Source of the DNA: a virus
IMG/VR virus record: IMGVR_UViG_3300009838_000011
Coordinates: 1-38,632 of that record
Strand: one strand, 5' to 3'
Length of the DNA stretch: 38,632 bases
Part shown: piece after piece, positions 15,972 to 25,000 of the stretch
How positions within the stretch are numbered: position 1 is the first letter of the stretch
Layout of the letters: every line of letters starts with the position of its first letter
The notes under the pieces: model-generated
What the model saw: only the letters and a program-made list of their open reading frames with translations
The model's database searches: none
What the model was told of the DNA's origin: nothing
Made by a program: the position numbers and the translations under genes

Positions 15972-16043
15972 GCCTCTTTAGTACAACGGCTAGTACAGTA
16001 GTTTTGTAAACTTCTAATATCTGTTCAATTCAGGTAAGAGGCT
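15972..16043 (+). tRNA. tRNA-Thr (anticodon UGU), 72 nt, no encoded CCA
   Basis: Hand-folded cloverleaf: GCCTCTT-TA-GTAC-AACGGCTA-GTAC-A-GTAGT-TTTGTAA-ACTTC-TAAT-ATCTG-TTCAATT-CAGGT-AAGAGGC-T. U8, A14, GG in the D loop, A21, U33, A37, G53-C61 and TTCAA are all present, with one T.T mismatch in the anticodon stem. The reverse orientation lacks a T loop. Confidence 0.8.
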
Positions 16044-16225
16044 CAATCCTTAATCTCCTTTATTGTCTTTAAAGCCTTAATTGCTAATTTAACCGCACCA
16101 TCATCCGAATTATGTTTTATCTTTGATCCATCATCACAAATATAAAATCCCGTCTCTAAAACCCGATTAACAACTGTTCTAGTATAAATTGGTTTTCCAT
16201 TTATTAAAATTGATACTGTTAGCAT
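16043..16225 (-). CDS. Hypothetical protein
   Basis: 60-aa ORF. Its stop codon overlaps the tRNA discriminator base by 1 nt (convergent). Confidence 0.55.
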   Translation of the reverse strand: MLTVSILINGKPIYTRTVVNRVLETGFYICDDGSKIKHNSDDGAVKLAIKALKTIKEIKD

Positions 16226-16226
16226 A

Positions 16227-16505
16227 TTAAGGAAAAACTTGATAACTATCTAAACTATAAATTCCCGGACCAATTTGACCGGCTTTGAAAGCAATTTTAG
16301 CTGCTTCACTTCTATTAACAAACCTTCCGTTATTAGTTACAAATCCTTGTTCGGTTTCATCCAACATAATTTTAAAATCTTCATATATCTTTTCAGCAAT
16401 TAAAGCGTGTCTTTTACCAGTAAAAACTCTTTCTTTATATTTTAAGGCAGCAAACTCAATTTTTTCTTCCGCCGCCGATTTTTTTTCTTTTTTCCCCTCT
16501 TTCAT
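16227..16505 (-). CDS. Hypothetical protein
   Basis: 92-aa ORF (...GKRHALIAEKI...QGFVTNNGRFVNRSEAAKIAFKAGQI...). The pattern recurs in phage hypothetical proteins; function unknown. Confidence 0.6.
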   Translation of the reverse strand: MKEGKKEKKSAAEEKIEFAALKYKERVFTGKRHALIAEKIYEDFKIMLDETEQGFVTNNGRFVNRSEAAKIAFKAGQIGPGIYSLDSYQVFP

Positions 16506-16614
16506 AAATTCTTACCAATTTCCTACAAATTGGCTTCTTACTAATTTCTAATAATTTAATTCTATACTTATTTAAATTAATAATTAAATAATCATTCCGG
16601 TATGTTGATATTCT

Positions 16615-16840
16615 CCCCCCTACCCCCAATAAAAAATTGAAGGCGAGGTGGAGTATAACAACTTTCCGACATTCCGTATAAGTTGATAGCTATTATTCGC
16701 TTAGCTACAAGCCACTCCCCGAATCCTGTCTTTACCAACTCTATTAACCTTAATAATAGAGTTGTGCCGATCTGCCCGGTCTTATACTGCTAGATTCGCT
16801 TCGCAGTTTAATTGCCGCAAAAATCTCCGGCAATGTCAAA
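16615..16840 (-). ncRNA. Structured non-coding island (candidate ncRNA or replication origin)
   Basis: No credible ORF. The region is GC-enriched relative to its surroundings. It holds a perfect 11-bp hairpin (16736-16764), a 7-bp hairpin (16811-16834), a three-way junction (16650-16718) and a G5-TA-G6 run on the minus strand (16615-16627). A ~60-nt almost pure A/T tract (about 16530-16600) lies next to it. Confidence 0.4.
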
Positions 16841-16879
16841 TACCAATAAAAACTATTCTTAGATACTCCTATAAGTTTC

Positions 16880-17080
16880 CTAAGAATTCATGTTTGGTAT
16901 AACTGATAAATCAGTTTTAAGTGGAAGTAATATCACGCCTTTGTGCTGTTCTATAAATGGAATTCCGTTTTTAATTGTTTTCTTTTCAAAGCTAATAGGT
17001 TGATTATTGGACCAGGAGAAACCGCACTTAATAGCGGTTTCTCCTTGACTTCGGGTTTTGTCTGGTGTTAGACTTTTCAT
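16880..17080 (-). CDS. Doubtful ORF (66 aa)
   Basis: No SD or box at the start. It contains a perfect 11-bp hairpin (17015-17044) and lies inside the non-coding island, between a terminator and the structured region. Confidence 0.25.
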   Translation of the reverse strand: MKSLTPDKTRSQGETAIKCGFSWSNNQPISFEKKTIKNGIPFIEQHKGVILLPLKTDLSVIPNMNS

Positions 17081-17091
17081 AGTTTTATGTG

Positions 17092-17137
17092 GTAATAAAA
17101 CAATACCCCTTCATGCCTTTTGGTGTCAAGGGGTATT
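17092..17137 (-). terminator. Rho-independent terminator after the HNH-like gene
   Basis: The minus strand reads AAUACCCCUU-(16-nt loop)-AAGGGGUAUU followed by GUUUUAUU. Confidence 0.6.
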
Positions 17138-17155
17138 TTAATCTTTAAGTTCAAC

Positions 17156-17533
17156 TTACTTTTTATGGTGTTTCTTTTTTTTCTTTTCTTTACTTCTCTC
17201 AATTTTTCGAATAATAATCTCTTTTGGTCCTTTAAAACAATCAGAAGGCATTTGATCGGCAGTAACTAGCTCTTTAGTGTCCGGATGTAAAAACAAACCA
17301 CTATCAATCGCTAGTCGATCATATTTCTCATGAACATCCTCTACTGGTTGCCCATAAACAGAACAAGCATTGTAACCGGCTAACATCATACAATTATGGG
17401 GATTATTACTACCACCTCGACATTGTGGCATACAGTGGTGTCCTTCTAGTACATCAACCTCTACATCTAATAGGTTACATCGATGACTACATTCTTCTTT
17501 TTTAACTCTTAATACTTCCTTAGAAAACGCCAT
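17156..17533 (-). CDS. HNH-like endonuclease
   Basis: 125-aa ORF with C-x3-C, then ...LEGHHCMPQCRGGSNNPHNCMMLAG...VH (an H-N-H-like arrangement), and a poly-Lys C-terminus. Confidence 0.5.
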   Translation of the reverse strand: MAFSKEVLRVKKEECSHRCNLLDVEVDVLEGHHCMPQCRGGSNNPHNCMMLAGYNACSVYGQPVEDVHEKYDRLAIDSGLFLHPDTKELVTADQMPSDCFKGPKEIIIRKIERSKEKKKKKHHKK

Positions 17534-17684
17534 ATATTAATTATGGTGGTTTCTAAAATTAAAAGAAATTTCTGTAAAAAAATTGAAAAAAGAATTATAA
17601 TTAAAGTAGCGCCAGTTCTATTCCCCTTATATTTTTTTGCTTATTCACTATTATCATAGTATAATAATAGATAGGTTAAACCTT

Positions 17685-17749
17685 AAATACCGCCCTAGTT
17701 GTAGTCATAAAAAGACTACCAGCTCCTCAGCTAACTATTGGCGGTATTT
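17685..17749 (-). terminator. Nested stem-loop at the end of the late/lysis operon (candidate terminator)
   Basis: An outer 10-bp stem aaataccgcc/ggcggtattt encloses the inner hairpin gtagtc-ataaaaa-gactac. The downstream U-tract is weak. Confidence 0.35.
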
Positions 17750-17752
17750 TGT

Positions 17753-18013
17753 TTATTGTCTTAAACTGGATTCTTTCCAATACAATTTATACATTGATTG
17801 AGCGGATAAGAAAATAATACTAGCATTTTCTATTAAATCTCTCCAATTAAATCCATTACAAACAAGAGTTACTGATGCCGAAATAACAACACAAGACAAG
17901 ACACTAACCAAGTATCTTATTTTAGAATCGACAATCTTTTTATTAATTAAATCTATTAATGGAGGTAAAAATGCTCCAAAAATAAAACTTAATACTTCAG
18001 GTGTTAATTTCAT
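17753..18013 (-). CDS. Holin candidate (multi-TM small protein)
   Basis: 86-aa ORF with 2-3 hydrophobic helices. It is the last gene of the lysis cassette and overlaps the upstream stop. Confidence 0.5.
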   Translation of the reverse strand: MKLTPEVLSFIFGAFLPPLIDLINKKIVDSKIRYLVSVLSCVVISASVTLVCNGFNWRDLIENASIIFLSAQSMYKLYWKESSLRQ

Positions 18014-18300
18014 TCATGGTCTCCTATTTTTAAATTTTTAAATTCTATTTTTAAAGTATTTACATCGGTTTTAATTAAAGCAATTTCGGTCGCATTAATT
18101 TTTCTCCCTTCAGCTAATTCTTTAATAATAGTGTTTTGATTGGCAATATAGGTATCTAATTTCTGATCAATCAAAGCAATCTTAGTATTTAGCGCCGCCC
18201 AAGACAAAGTAATCATCACCGCCGAACTAACAATGGGAACAATATTATTAAATTGAAACCAAGTAATTTGTTTTTCATCGTTATTTCTATCGGTTGTCAT
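18010..18300 (-). CDS. Single-TM protein with a coiled-coil tail (holin, antiholin or spanin-like lysis accessory)
   Basis: 96-aa ORF with a TM helix (IVPIVSSAVMITLSWAAL) followed by a heptad-like region. It lies directly downstream of the amidase. Confidence 0.4.
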   Translation of the reverse strand: MTTDRNNDEKQITWFQFNNIVPIVSSAVMITLSWAALNTKIALIDQKLDTYIANQNTIIKELAEGRKINATEIALIKTDVNTLKIEFKNLKIGDHE

Positions 18301-18304
18301 AGTC

Positions 18305-19000
18305 TTATAAGGTGGAAATAATTGATATTTGCTTTAATTTGCTTTTTAAAGCCTCGCACTCCCTTTCCTTGTCTGCTAACTTGGTCTGGGTTTCTATTAA
18401 CTCCTTATTGTCTGGTACAACTGGTCCTTGTGGAGCTTTCCATTCAATACCTAAATAACTAACAACCCCCCTAGCTACACCTTTAGCAAGGTTATATAAG
18501 CCATCTTCTGATGATAATACCTTCCTATCCTCGTCTGTATTAATAAATCCACACTCCATAAGACAAGCTAATGGTTTTGTATCATGAATAAATCCCAATC
18601 GACCCCAAATATTAGCTGTTTTTTCATCCTTTACTCCTCTTAATTTTGACATTCCGGATTCAACTGCCATAGCATCTAAAAGAAATGAAGCAAACTTTTT
18701 ACTCTCTTCACTATTACGATAATACCAACCTTCCAAACCAACACCAGTGTTAGGCTTTGATGAAGAATTGATATGAATTTCGGAGCAAATATCAATATTA
18801 TCAGCTCGATCATTTATCCATTTAATTGTTTGAGTTAGGCTTAAATCAGATGGAGGATTCAGTACTCCGACACCATGCGCCCTTATAATTTGACTGGCAT
18901 AAGCAACAATCTTTTCAACTAAATCTCTTTCAACTAATCCGTTATAAACAGCACCCGGATCAGTGTTGGAATGTCCAGCAGATAAAGCGATTGTTTTCAT
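18305..19000 (-). CDS. N-acetylmuramoyl-L-alanine amidase endolysin (Amidase_3 family)
   Basis: 231-aa ORF with SAGHSNTDPGAV, ...CSEIHINS... and ...LMECGFINTDEDR..., the zinc-amidase signature strings. The C-terminal ~40 aa are coiled-coil-like, not a recognisable wall-binding domain. Confidence 0.85.
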   Translation of the reverse strand: MKTIALSAGHSNTDPGAVYNGLVERDLVEKIVAYASQIIRAHGVGVLNPPSDLSLTQTIKWINDRADNIDICSEIHINSSSKPNTGVGLEGWYYRNSEESKKFASFLLDAMAVESGMSKLRGVKDEKTANIWGRLGFIHDTKPLACLMECGFINTDEDRKVLSSEDGLYNLAKGVARGVVSYLGIEWKAPQGPVVPDNKELIETQTKLADKERECEALKSKLKQISIISTL

Positions 19001-19014
19001 ATAATAATTATAAA

Positions 19015-22000
19015 CTATTTTCCTAACTGTTTCTTTCTTTTGTTAGATAACCACTCATTCGGAGCGGCTACCCAAGCATCCCAATTACCATTCAAGTCAT
19101 AAAGAATCTTTGCCATCTTAATATTATTTATTGGTTCAAGCATTTTATCCCATAGAGCAGTCGCCATTTCAGGGGTAATATCAGCATAGTTTTTGTAGCT
19201 TTCATCAATAATTCCAGCATCAATCATCATTTGTCTTTCAACCTTACCACCCAATAATCCATCCGGACCAAGAAGGCGGCTATTGTTGATTCTAAATAAT
19301 CCTCGATCAGTTGAGTTTTCATTTTCTCCACTAAATTTATTTTTAAATGTTTTGACTGGCGCAGTATCACTCCATAAACCAGTTTTAGGGTCAATTTTAT
19401 TTTCAACATCAATTTCCTTACCGGCAAGTAGTTGAGTATTTTCTCCCCTGATAACACCATCACTATCGGTCCTCTTTAATATCTTTGTGGCTTCTACCCA
19501 CTTATCACCAAAGACACTCTTGATATCGTCATTGTAAGGGGTTTCAGTAGCCTTTGGACTAGTAATAGTTGGCGCTGGTTCGGTTTCTCCCTCGCCAATA
19601 TTTTCTACTTCTTTAGTTGGAGTTGGAGTAACCATTTTTTCTTTTTTCTCTTTTTCCAGTATTCCTCTAACTACTTTCTCTTCACCCAAATCAAAACCCA
19701 ATATTCTTTTTTCTACCTTATTACCAATATTTTGATAATACCAATCAGGGTTTTCTTCTCTTAAAGCTAACATGGTTTGATAATATTCTCTCTTTTGATC
19801 ACTAGTTAATTTATCTTCAATTATACCTTCAATCGGATTCTCATACTTTTGAACTCCGGGTATTAATTTAGACATATTACCTAAAAACTTTTCCCATCCG
19901 CTTCGAGTATCTTTGGACCATACCAACTGTTTGTTACTGCCTTCAATCCCCTCCGCAGCAAAAGCTGGTTTAACTAATTTAAAATCAAAGTTAAGTAGTT
20001 TTTTCTTTTCTTCATAACCACTTTTTTTATCCAATACCTTTAATTCATCCACTACTTCCTGACTAATGATTTTATATTTCAAAGCATCATTAACAAGAGC
20101 TTTAAAATCATCAGTTCTCATCGCCTTTTGGAATTGTTGAAGGTAGTCTAGTTTTTCCGCATTAAGATTAGAATAAATCAATTTATCCATATAAGGTGAT
20201 TCACCCTTTTCTCTTTGAATAGTAAATTTCTTTGCCAATGCCTTACCTTCAGTGATTAAATCTTTATCAGTCGGTAATTCACCGCCAAAATATTCTTTTA
20301 CCATTTCGGTTCTTAATTTACCAAGTTCTTGTTCATCATTAATTCCTCGACTTAATTTGACATACTTATCAACTATTTCTCTTTTTTTAATAGATTTTCT
20401 GGCTGCTTCTTGATCGGCGTTAGAAGTAAATTGCTCTTGTAATCCATAACTACTGGTTTGAAACATTCGATTAATAACCGGAATTGATTGTAAAGTTACT
20501 TCGGTAGTTGATCGGCTGCCAAAATCATAAGTTTTAAAATTACCTAAACCAACAGTATTAAGTGAGTATTGGACCATTTTACCCAATCGAATCATCCCTC
20601 CAGCTTTCCAAGAAGTCTCATCAATAGCTAGTCTCCCCCGATAACTGTCATAAGGATTTCTACCTTGTAGGTAGCCTAACCAATCACCAACAGCGGTAAA
20701 TAGTGGGGTAGGGGAGGGGATATACCCAGCACCCAAAGCTCCAATTTGCTCTGGTTTAACTATCTTGCCCTGAACCATACTACTAAAAGTTTTCCAAACA
20801 ATCGCACTAACAAATCTCTCTGTTTCATCTTGGGGAATACGCATATAAACCGCCTTTCCATTTTCATCAAATCCCACTGGTACAGTAATATAATTGGTTT
20901 TGTCATATTCAGTTTGGCTTTGGAAATTCTTTTTAACCCATTCACCAAATAGACCACTCAATCCCATTACCATTAATAATTTTGGTAATACTCCCACTAT
21001 AAAGGTTCTCATCCAATAACCGGAAGCAGTCTTTGGGTCGGTAGCCAATTCCACACTAGCCCTAGTTGCCTGAATCATCACATTGGAAAAGACAAAAATA
21101 TCATTATCCATCTGTTTATAAGTACCGCCTTCAGTATAGTTTGGCGTACCGACATAATTTCGGGTAATAAAGCCTAATTTCTTTCCATCATCAATTCTTT
21201 TCTTAGCAATTTGATAACCGGATATTTTTGAAGTGGCTTCAAAAGTACCACCGGCATATTTAATAGCTTCTAAAATCTTTCCAAAACTATTATTAAATAA
21301 TTTTCGAACTGCTCCTATTTTCTCTTCTTTACCTAATATTTTGTGTTGTCGAAGCAAAAAGGCAATTGAACTATCATTATTGGCATGAGGGTCATATTGC
21401 GACCATTGAGTAGTAATAGCTTTATTAGACAACATTTCTTTTATCAATTCTGTCTTTTTACCCGCCGCAAATTTAGCACCTTCGGGGATAGACTTAATAT
21501 AAGTGGTAAGCATTTCTCCAATAGTTACTCTTTTCTTGCCCGGAGCAAACTTATTTAAAACTGAACCTAGTGAAATATAGGTACGCTTGGTATCTCTAAT
21601 GATATTGGAATAAAAACCCCATGATAAATTGTAGGTAGTAACCAATGGTTTAAATATCTTATTAAATACCCTAGCAATCCCCACTAATTGATGGACCTCA
21701 TCAGCGGTCATATTCTCATTTTCAAACATGGATTTAATATAAGGATCGACATTATAGCCAACTCTTCGACCATCCTTCATCATTTCCAAGACTTCCATAT
21801 TATCTTCTCTCTTAAAGCGGATAACAGTACCTTTATTGGTTCTAATTGCCTTTGCTTCCTTTACATCATCAGGGAAATATTGTTGTAATTCACCTAGAGC
21901 CACTTGTTTAGCTTCCTGTATATTATTCCATTCAATTAAAGCCACTGTTTTTAAGACTGATGAAGTAAATGGGTTCTCAATTCTTTTTAAAGTACCCACC

Positions 22001-25000
22001 TGTTTTTTAATTCCGGCATCAATATAATTTTTATGGATATAATCAACCACACTAAAAGTAGCGTAAGTATCTTTATTTGGCGCTATCTTCTCTTCAAAAA
22101 CTTGTTTATTGATATTGCCATTTTTAACTGCTCTCTCATTTTCAGAAAAAATCAATTCATGAAATCTTTTTTTAACTTGTTCAAATACTTTAATCTGTTC
22201 TTCGGTTAAATTCCTTTGTTTGTAATACTGATTTAAAACCACTTCAGGTATATTGCCGATTAAACCACCCGGATTAGCCAAATTGATTCTGTCTCCTAGA
22301 GCTTCTCTTTCCAATTTTAGGACCACACCCAAATCATCTTCGCTTAAACCAATCTTTTCTAATGGGTCGGTAATTTCAGTAGTGATTCGGTCCAAAAAGA
22401 TAGCCTGATCGTTTCGCCTCATATTCATTATTTCCAAAGCCTCTCTAACTTTTTGTTTACTGGATTCAACTACCCCAATATCTACCTTTGCCAGTTTCCT
22501 ATAAATTGGGTCAAATTTAGTAACATGGTTTCTTATTAATCTATCAATAAATGGTTTTCTTGGTTTTTCGGTTTGTTCAATCTCTTCTCTCTTCTTTCTT
22601 GCTTCTTTAAACCCTTCATAGATTTCTTCAAGTCGTTTATTATTTACTTCTTCTTCGCCCTTATCAAGCATTTCTAGGGTATCAAAATAAACCTTTTCTA
22701 ATTCCGGTTTATTGTTTAAGTATTCAAAGAATCCATCATAAAACTTAGGAGCTACTTTTTGAAGTAAGCCCGGATCATTTAAAAGAACTGATACCGCATC
22801 AGCGTAAAGCTCTTTGGCACTGTATCTATATTTAGTAAAGTTTTCATTAACAGTTTCATCAAATGGTTTCCAAAGCTGGGTAAGATTTTTTAGTTCATTT
22901 TTAATCTCTCTATTATTCAAATCAGCATACTTGCCTTCCATAAATTTACTTAAAGAAGCAATATGGCCAATTAAATTACCTCTAGTTGTAAAACCATCAG
23001 GAATAAAGTCGGCAATATGACCAATCTCATGAGCCAAAACTTTACCAGCTACCACTGGATCATCAAAGATTCTGGGATTAAGTTTAATCATGCCTTTACC
23101 CTTCTCATACATTCGACCCAAAGCAGTTTTAAAAGCCTTTAGAGTTGGCACATCTCCAGTTAATTCCCGAACTAGTCTCACCATTTCCGGGAATTGGATA
23201 GCCCTAATATGGTTTAAAACCACTCCAGCGGATTCTAAATCAGCATAACCACCAATATCAGCATTACCGCTTGGCGCTTTATATTTACTAACATCATTAT
23301 CTTTAATCTGTTTTAACTCAATTTCCCTTAATAATTGCTCTTTTTTAGTAGCTATCTGCTCTTCACTTAATTCATTTAAGTCTTTGGTTTTATCAACAAA
23401 CTCGCTGACATGATCAGCGATAGACTTTCTATTGGCAATCATCTCATCATATTGGCGTTGAAACTTAGCTAATCTGTCTTTATAAGTTTCAGTAATTTTG
23501 CCAATATCAATATTTACCTGTTCTTTTAGAGTTTCAATTCTTTTAATCTCCGCATCAATATCGGTAATTCCCGCTTTGTCTAATTTCTCTTGAATAGAGA
23601 CTTCTTCTTTTTTGGCTTTATTAACTTCCTTTCGGTAGTTACTAATGCCTTCAGGGTCAATCGGACTACCCCATTGAGTTTTACCGGTAACAATCCTTTC
23701 AGAATTAAATTGGATTTTTTCTTTTAAGGCTTCTCTCCTTTCCTTGATTCTGTTTAAATTGCCAATATCAGTAGAAAACATAACCAGTTGATTTTGTAAT
23801 CCCGCCTTATCCATTTCAATTTCAATGGCTGCCTTATCTTCAGGGTTAGTCATTAGCGCTAGTTTCTTTTCTCTTGGGTCTAATTCACCCACATCAAATA
23901 TCTGTCCTTGATAAGAAAATAGGTCATTGATTCTGCCGCCTTTTTCTTCAAACTTATTATAAACAGTAATATCACCGGAGTTTTCCACTAGAGGATAAAT
24001 AAGAGGCGCTATGGACCGCTTGTTTCCTTGTCGCCATACCCTTCCTTCTACTTGGGCAGGTTCGGTTGGATTCCATCCTAAAGCATTATTAATGGTTACA
24101 TATCCATTATTCTGTAAATCAATTCCTTCCTTAGTTGGATCACCGCCAATTAATAGTTTAACTTTGCCATCATTAAAGTCTTGCTTAATAGCTTCCCGCT
24201 CATCATTACTGGTTGAGCCATTAATCACTGCTACTTCACTGCCTTTAAAACCTAAATGTTTCACCGCATATTCAGCCAAATGGTTATGGTATTCTACTCC
24301 ATTTGCTCCCATATAAAGGAATGTTCCATATTTTTTAGTAGATTCATTACCTTTAAGCCACTTAACTAATTCCATTGAGTATTTAAGTTTAGGAGAATTA
24401 TCAATCAACTCTTCTGGACTGACAATTTGCGGCTGGTATTCTTTAATAAAATAAGGGGAGATTGAATTAGCTACCGAATAAGTTGAAGCCTTTAAGACCG
24501 CTCCATCCTCCGGTTTGCGATTATCCGATGGTTTTAACATCTCTTGAATTTTAGTTAAGTTCTCTTCCTGTAAGGCACTCATTTGAAGAGTTGGGGTCAT
24601 TACCCTTCGCTCTGGTCTTACTAATGTTGGATCAACTTGGTAATCAACAAACTCTCTTAATATCTTTTGGAGTTGAGGTAGGTTTTTAAATGACTTCATC
24701 TTTTCTTTATTCACCCATTCACCTCTGACATTCTTTTCCATTTCGGTTTCAAAGTTGGAGAATAAAGCAAAGAAATCATTAATATTAAATATTCCAATTT
24801 TCTTTAATCTATCCCTAGCTACCAATGATAGGATGTTATAAACCTCTGTGGCGTGGTTTTCAAAGGGAGTAGCCGAAGCAAGATATACTCCTCGATTATT
24901 ATTCTTCTTTAAAATATATTGGGAAATAATAAATAGTTGTTGAGCCTGTTTTGATGGCGTACCACCAATAACATTACCAAACCTTTTAGTTTTTGATTTA

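Noticed and set aside
16880-17080. 66-aa minus-strand ORF between the HNH terminator and the structured island as a real gene
   Set aside because: It is kept only as a low-confidence feature. It has no SD or TATAAT box, starts right after a terminator and contains a perfect 11-bp hairpin, so it is more likely part of the non-coding island.
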